A stretch of 64,000 nucleotides of DNA. Source: Candidatus Parcubacteria bacterium. GTDB taxonomy: Bacteria; Patescibacteriota; Minisyncoccia; Phycocordibacterales; PALSA-1337. Within the stretch, counting starts at the first letter, position 1. The number at the start of each line of letters is the position of its first letter. The notes under the pieces were generated by a model. The model was not told the origin of the DNA, searched no databases, and saw only the letters and a program-made list of their open reading frames with translations. Shown piece after piece: positions 60,253 through 64,000 of this stretch. Where the stretch lies: positions 42,488 through 106,487 of the forward strand of contig JBDLTF010000001.1 of the NCBI GenBank assembly GCA_039799225.1, read 5' to 3'. The position numbers and the translations under genes are program-made.

Positions 60253-60885
60253 ATGACACAAACAATGTTTCAACTTCTCCACAACCTCTTTGACCCCCAA
60301 TCCCTCATTGCTACATTGGGTACTCTTGGAGTTATTGTAATCATATTTGTCGAGACAGGTCTTTTCTTCGGATTCTTTTTCCCTGGGGATTCGCTGTTGT
60401 TCACTGCGGGTTTTCTCGCCTCACAAGGATACGTGTCATTCGCAGGGCTTCTGGTAGGAACATTCATTGCAGCAGTTGTAGGGGATAGTCTCGGATATGC
60501 ATTTGGTAAGAAGATTGGTCCCGCACTCTTTTCAAAAGAAAATTCCGCTATATTCAACAAACAACATATCGCCCGAGCGCAGCAATTTTATGAGAAGCAT
60601 GGCAAGAAGACGATCATTCTGGCGCGCTTCATGCCGATCATACGCACGTTCGCTCCGATCGTGGCAGGAATCGGCACTATGCCATATCGAACATTCATTA
60701 CATTTAATATTATCGGTGCATTCATTTGGACATGGGGCATGCTCTGGCTCGGATATGGCCTCGGAGCACTTATACCCAACCCTGATAGATATGTCATACC
60801 GGTTGTCATAGTTATAATCCTCGTTTCTTCAGCACCTGCAGTGAAAGAAATAGTGAAAGAGGGGATAAAGCGCTGGAAATCATAA
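60253..60885 (+). CDS. dedA: DedA family membrane protein
   Basis: FVETGLFFGFFFPGDSLLF, ARFMPIIRTFAP. Confidence 0.93.
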   Translation: MTQTMFQLLHNLFDPQSLIATLGTLGVIVIIFVETGLFFGFFFPGDSLLFTAGFLASQGYVSFAGLLVGTFIAAVVGDSLGYAFGKKIGPALFSKENSAIFNKQHIARAQQFYEKHGKKTIILARFMPIIRTFAPIVAGIGTMPYRTFITFNIIGAFIWTWGMLWLGYGLGALIPNPDRYVIPVVIVIILVSSAPAVKEIVKEGIKRWKS

Positions 60886-60938
60886 GCACAGTTGTCCAAC
60901 CGCTTCATTCGTCATTCTAGATACGGTATACTTATGGC

Positions 60939-61919
60939 ATGAATACGCGTTCGCTCCTCTTCAAGCTCTTTCCTCCTCCTACATTCCTCGTCATGCCGCA
61001 TGCGGGACTCGATATCTCCGATGACGCTATTCGTTGTATCGAATATCGTAGATCTGGTGGCAGACTTGTTATATCAAAACATGCAGTGAAGGAATTGCCT
61101 GCTGGCCTTATCGATGGGGGAGATATCAAAGATGAGAAGGCGTTCGTTACTATACTCAAGAAGTTCGCGCAGGATAATGAACTTTCATACGTGAAGGTTT
61201 CTCTGCCAGAAGAGAAAGCGTATCTATTCCAGACTGATGTACCAAGTTCTGATTTCCGTTCGATTGCCCAGAATATAGAGTTCAAGCTTGATCAGAATGT
61301 TCCGTTGTCTGCTGCTGACGCAATCTTCCAGTTTGATCTCATGCCCAAAGTAGTTACTGGAGATACATTGCGCGCAAGTGTGTCCGTCGTGCCTCGTACC
61401 TATGTTGAACATCATGTCTCTCTACTACGCGAGGCAGGAATTTCTATTGTTGCGTACGAAGTTGCTCCAAAAGCAATCGTCACTGCATACGAGCCGGCCG
61501 ATTCCCAAGGAACTCATCTCATCGTCCATATCATGCGTAAGAAGAGTGGTCTCTATATAGTCTCCGAAGGAGTAGTCTGCTTCACTTCCACGATTGTATG
61601 GGGTAGTGACAATCTCGATGATACAACGTCCGACCAAGGGAAGGCTCTCATCGCAGAAATCGCACGTGTACATGCATATTGGATGACTCATGCCGATGTT
61701 CACGCGGCTATATCTGAAGTTGTCGTTGTTGGTTCGAAGGCAGAAGCCTGTGAATCCATCATCCGCAACCAGAGCGAAGATGTGGTCGCTCACACTGTTC
61801 TGCCGGATGTATGGCACAATGCCTTCAATACGAATTCGTATGTACCTCCAATCACTAAATCAGAATCATTCGAGTACGCCATCGCTGCAGGACTTGCTCT
61901 ATCATCACCTATACTATGA
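60939..61919 (+). CDS. pilM: Type IV pilus PilM-like protein
   Basis: GLDISD, actin-like fold pattern, AAGLAL C-terminus. Confidence 0.75.
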   Translation: MNTRSLLFKLFPPPTFLVMPHAGLDISDDAIRCIEYRRSGGRLVISKHAVKELPAGLIDGGDIKDEKAFVTILKKFAQDNELSYVKVSLPEEKAYLFQTDVPSSDFRSIAQNIEFKLDQNVPLSAADAIFQFDLMPKVVTGDTLRASVSVVPRTYVEHHVSLLREAGISIVAYEVAPKAIVTAYEPADSQGTHLIVHIMRKKSGLYIVSEGVVCFTSTIVWGSDNLDDTTSDQGKALIAEIARVHAYWMTHADVHAAISEVVVVGSKAEACESIIRNQSEDVVAHTVLPDVWHNAFNTNSYVPPITKSESFEYAIAAGLALSSPIL

Positions 61920-62458
61920 GACACAGTTTCCTCCCATCTCAAGATCAGAAGGCTCTCAAGAAGAGGTATCGCCTCCACGCGACCGTTGTAGCCCTCTTCC
62001 TGTTGTCAGTCGTCGGTATTATAGGTATCGGATCACTTTTCCCCGCATATGTTGAAGTTTCTTTTGAAGAGAGAGATCAGAATGCATCACTGAAAGACGG
62101 TGCTGATAAGGAGGGAGTACAGAGTATCGCGGATATAATCAGTGAATTGCAGAGTGATGCAATCCTTACTCGTGAACTTTCGAATACTCTTACAGAAGAA
62201 CGATCATCCGATTTCATCAAAGAAGTCATATCGGCACGAGCATCAGTGAAGGTGCACTCTATTAGTATTCCTGAAGTTTCTACGACGAGTGCAGTAATCG
62301 TTATTCAAGGCATCGCTCCTACACGTGAGTCGCTCGTCTCATTCAAGACTCGTCTCGAGGGACTCGCCAATGGCAACAAGGTCGAGCTCCCTATATCCGA
62401 ACTCGCTAAGAGCAAAGATATTCCATTCTCATTCAAGTTTACACGCTTACTACCATGA
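61916..62458 (+). CDS. PilN-like protein
   Basis: SFLP N-terminal motif, TM, IQGIA.TRESL..F. Confidence 0.65.
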   Translation: MRHSFLPSQDQKALKKRYRLHATVVALFLLSVVGIIGIGSLFPAYVEVSFEERDQNASLKDGADKEGVQSIADIISELQSDAILTRELSNTLTEERSSDFIKEVISARASVKVHSISIPEVSTTSAVIVIQGIAPTRESLVSFKTRLEGLANGNKVELPISELAKSKDIPFSFKFTRLLP

Positions 62459-63018
62459 AGCATCATCATAGCCATACAGCTTTGCTCGTGATTGCCTGCT
62501 CGACGATGATTTTCGTCTATGCTGTTTACGGATATATGCGCCATCGTATCTCGGTATCTCTCAATCGAGTGATAGAAAGCAGACAGCTCGTGGCTGAACG
62601 AGACCTTTCTTTGCAGAAACAAGATAGCTTGGCTGCTCTCTATTCCGAATCAACCCCTGATCGATCAGAAGCGAGAGGTCTCTTCGTTCCTGAGAATTCT
62701 ACAATCTCATTTATCGAATCAATCGAAGCGTTGGGATCGAGCTCAGGAAGTATTGTTCAATTATCCGCGATAGAAGCCGATCCTCCAGTTGTAGGTTCCA
62801 CCATAGGTCGTATCCGCGTCCACGTTGAGGCTCAAGGATCGTGGTGGGCCGTTATGAAGACAGTCATGCTTGCCGAAGATCTTCCGTATGGAGTATCAAT
62901 CAAAAATCTCCGCATCGACTCTTCCTCAGGACAGGGGAGTAAAGATGAGGCTGCTTGGAAAGCATCATTTGCTATCGAGGCACTTATGATGAAACCGGTA
63001 ACAAAAGCTCAGCCATAA
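62455..63018 (+). CDS. PilO-like protein
   Basis: TM, GSW......LAEDLPY; ATGA-coupled to the pilN-like gene. Confidence 0.65.
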   Translation: MKHHHSHTALLVIACSTMIFVYAVYGYMRHRISVSLNRVIESRQLVAERDLSLQKQDSLAALYSESTPDRSEARGLFVPENSTISFIESIEALGSSSGSIVQLSAIEADPPVVGSTIGRIRVHVEAQGSWWAVMKTVMLAEDLPYGVSIKNLRIDSSSGQGSKDEAAWKASFAIEALMMKPVTKAQP

Positions 63019-63023
63019 AAGTC

Positions 63024-63350
63024 ATGAATATACTCAATCATCGTCATATATCATCGCGCCAACAGCAGGACCCACTATTTCGTCGTATTTGGGGTGACCC
63101 ATATCTTGATTGGTCTATCATGCTTGCGTGTGTGGCAATTCTTATCGTTACGATGACCTTTCTTGGATATAGGGTCTACGTTCATACATATGATGCGTTG
63201 CGAGCTCCGCTCACTCCTACGAGTGGTAGTAACAAAGCAGTGTTCGATGAAGAGACACTTTCGAAAGTTCTAGGTAATTTCAGGGCTCGTTCATCAGCTC
63301 GAGCAGAGATCATTCGTGGTACGGGTATACCGGGTGATCCGTCGATATAG
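63024..63350 (+). CDS. Small membrane protein at the end of the pilMNO operon
   Basis: ATG at 63024, TM helix, ends DPSI. Confidence 0.6.
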   Translation: MNILNHRHISSRQQQDPLFRRIWGDPYLDWSIMLACVAILIVTMTFLGYRVYVHTYDALRAPLTPTSGSNKAVFDEETLSKVLGNFRARSSARAEIIRGTGIPGDPSI

Positions 63351-63389
63351 TGTTCAATAGCGTCTAAATGTGCTAATTTTTGTGCATAC

Positions 63390-63461
63390 GCCCTTGTAGT
63401 TCAATGGATAGAACAGCGGACTTCTAAGCCGTTGATCGTGGTTCGATTCCACGCAAGGGCA
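63390..63461 (+). tRNA. tRNA-Arg(TCT)
   Basis: GCCCTTG...CAAGGGC-A; loop CTTCTAA. Confidence 0.92.
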
Positions 63462-63505
63462 CATGAGAGAAAAAACCAACCTACGTTGGTTTTTTCGATT
63501 ATATG

Positions 63506-63578
63506 TGGGCGATACAGGACTTGAACCTGTGACCTTCATGGTGTAAACATGTTGCTCTACCAACTGAGCTAATCGCCC
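63506..63578 (-). tRNA. tRNA-Val(TAC)
   Basis: GGGCGAT...ATCGCCC-A; loop TTTACAC. Confidence 0.92.
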
Positions 63579-63620
63579 ATAATGCTTGCTACAAACCATA
63601 CATTACCGTATATTCATCAC

Positions 63621-64000
63621 ATGAGCAATGAACTCCCTGATATTAAGGTCCTTTATGAGGATGCTGGTTGTGTCGTGATCGACAAGCCTGCAGGTCTCAT
63701 GGTGCACCCAGATGGTCGCGATAAGGGCCCTTTTCTTACTGATTGGGTGATGTTGAAGTATCCTGATGCAGTCAATGTGGGAGAACATACGCGTACTCCT
63801 GATGGGGAACCGATATTGCGCCCAGGTATCGTGCATCGTCTCGATCGTGAGACGTCTGGCGCGTTGATCGTCGCAAAGACTGCCGAGGCGCACGCATCTC
63901 TCAAAGCTCAATTTCAGGCTCGTACGGTTACCAAGAAATATCTCGCATTCGTGTGGGGAGAGGTCGTAGAGGAGTTTGGTACCATCTCACGCCCAATCGG
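63621..64000 (+). CDS. RluA/RluD family pseudouridine synthase, truncated by the window edge
   Basis: Read by hand: KVLYED..VVIDKPAGLMVHP...GIVHRLDRETSG. Confidence 0.93.
   Translation, partial: MSNELPDIKVLYEDAGCVVIDKPAGLMVHPDGRDKGPFLTDWVMLKYPDAVNVGEHTRTPDGEPILRPGIVHRLDRETSGALIVAKTAEAHASLKAQFQARTVTKKYLAFVWGEVVEEFGTISRPI

Noticed and set aside
63354-63911. Minus-strand ORFs 63354-63599, 63603-63911 and 63653-63904
   Set aside because: They overlap two tRNAs or lie antisense to the RluA-family gene

Overview
Core-chromosome segment of a Patescibacteria (CPR, Parcubacteria-like) bacterium using the standard code (TGA read as stop). It spans the replication origin (yidC-rnpA-rpmH <> dnaA-oriC-dnaN). 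It carries housekeeping and repair genes (cca, xth, xerC/D, rpsO, pnp, pcrA, rsmA, ruvABC, ruvX, polA, holA-like, mutM, murE, eno, rpsT) and nine tRNAs, none with an encoded CCA. It also holds a parS cluster, type IV pilus/competence genes (pilB, pilMNO-like, a LamG pilin, comM, yraN) and an origin-adjacent VirB4/PrgI/VirB6-like secretion cluster. The least explained signals are non-coding. (1) Both tRNA-Gly genes are followed by a ~170-bp element with a 118-bp identical core, an antisense copy of the T-arm and a tRNA-specific duplicate of the 3' end. (2) Three ~115-bp long-stem palindromes have divergent but self-complementary arms and a conserved 33-34-nt loop; two of them flank dnaA-dnaN. 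(3) An ~85-bp hairpin repeat ends in the -10 box of two unrelated leaderless genes. (4) Several promoter-to-terminator units lack a convincing ORF. All coordinates, alignments and family calls were made by eye, without database searches.
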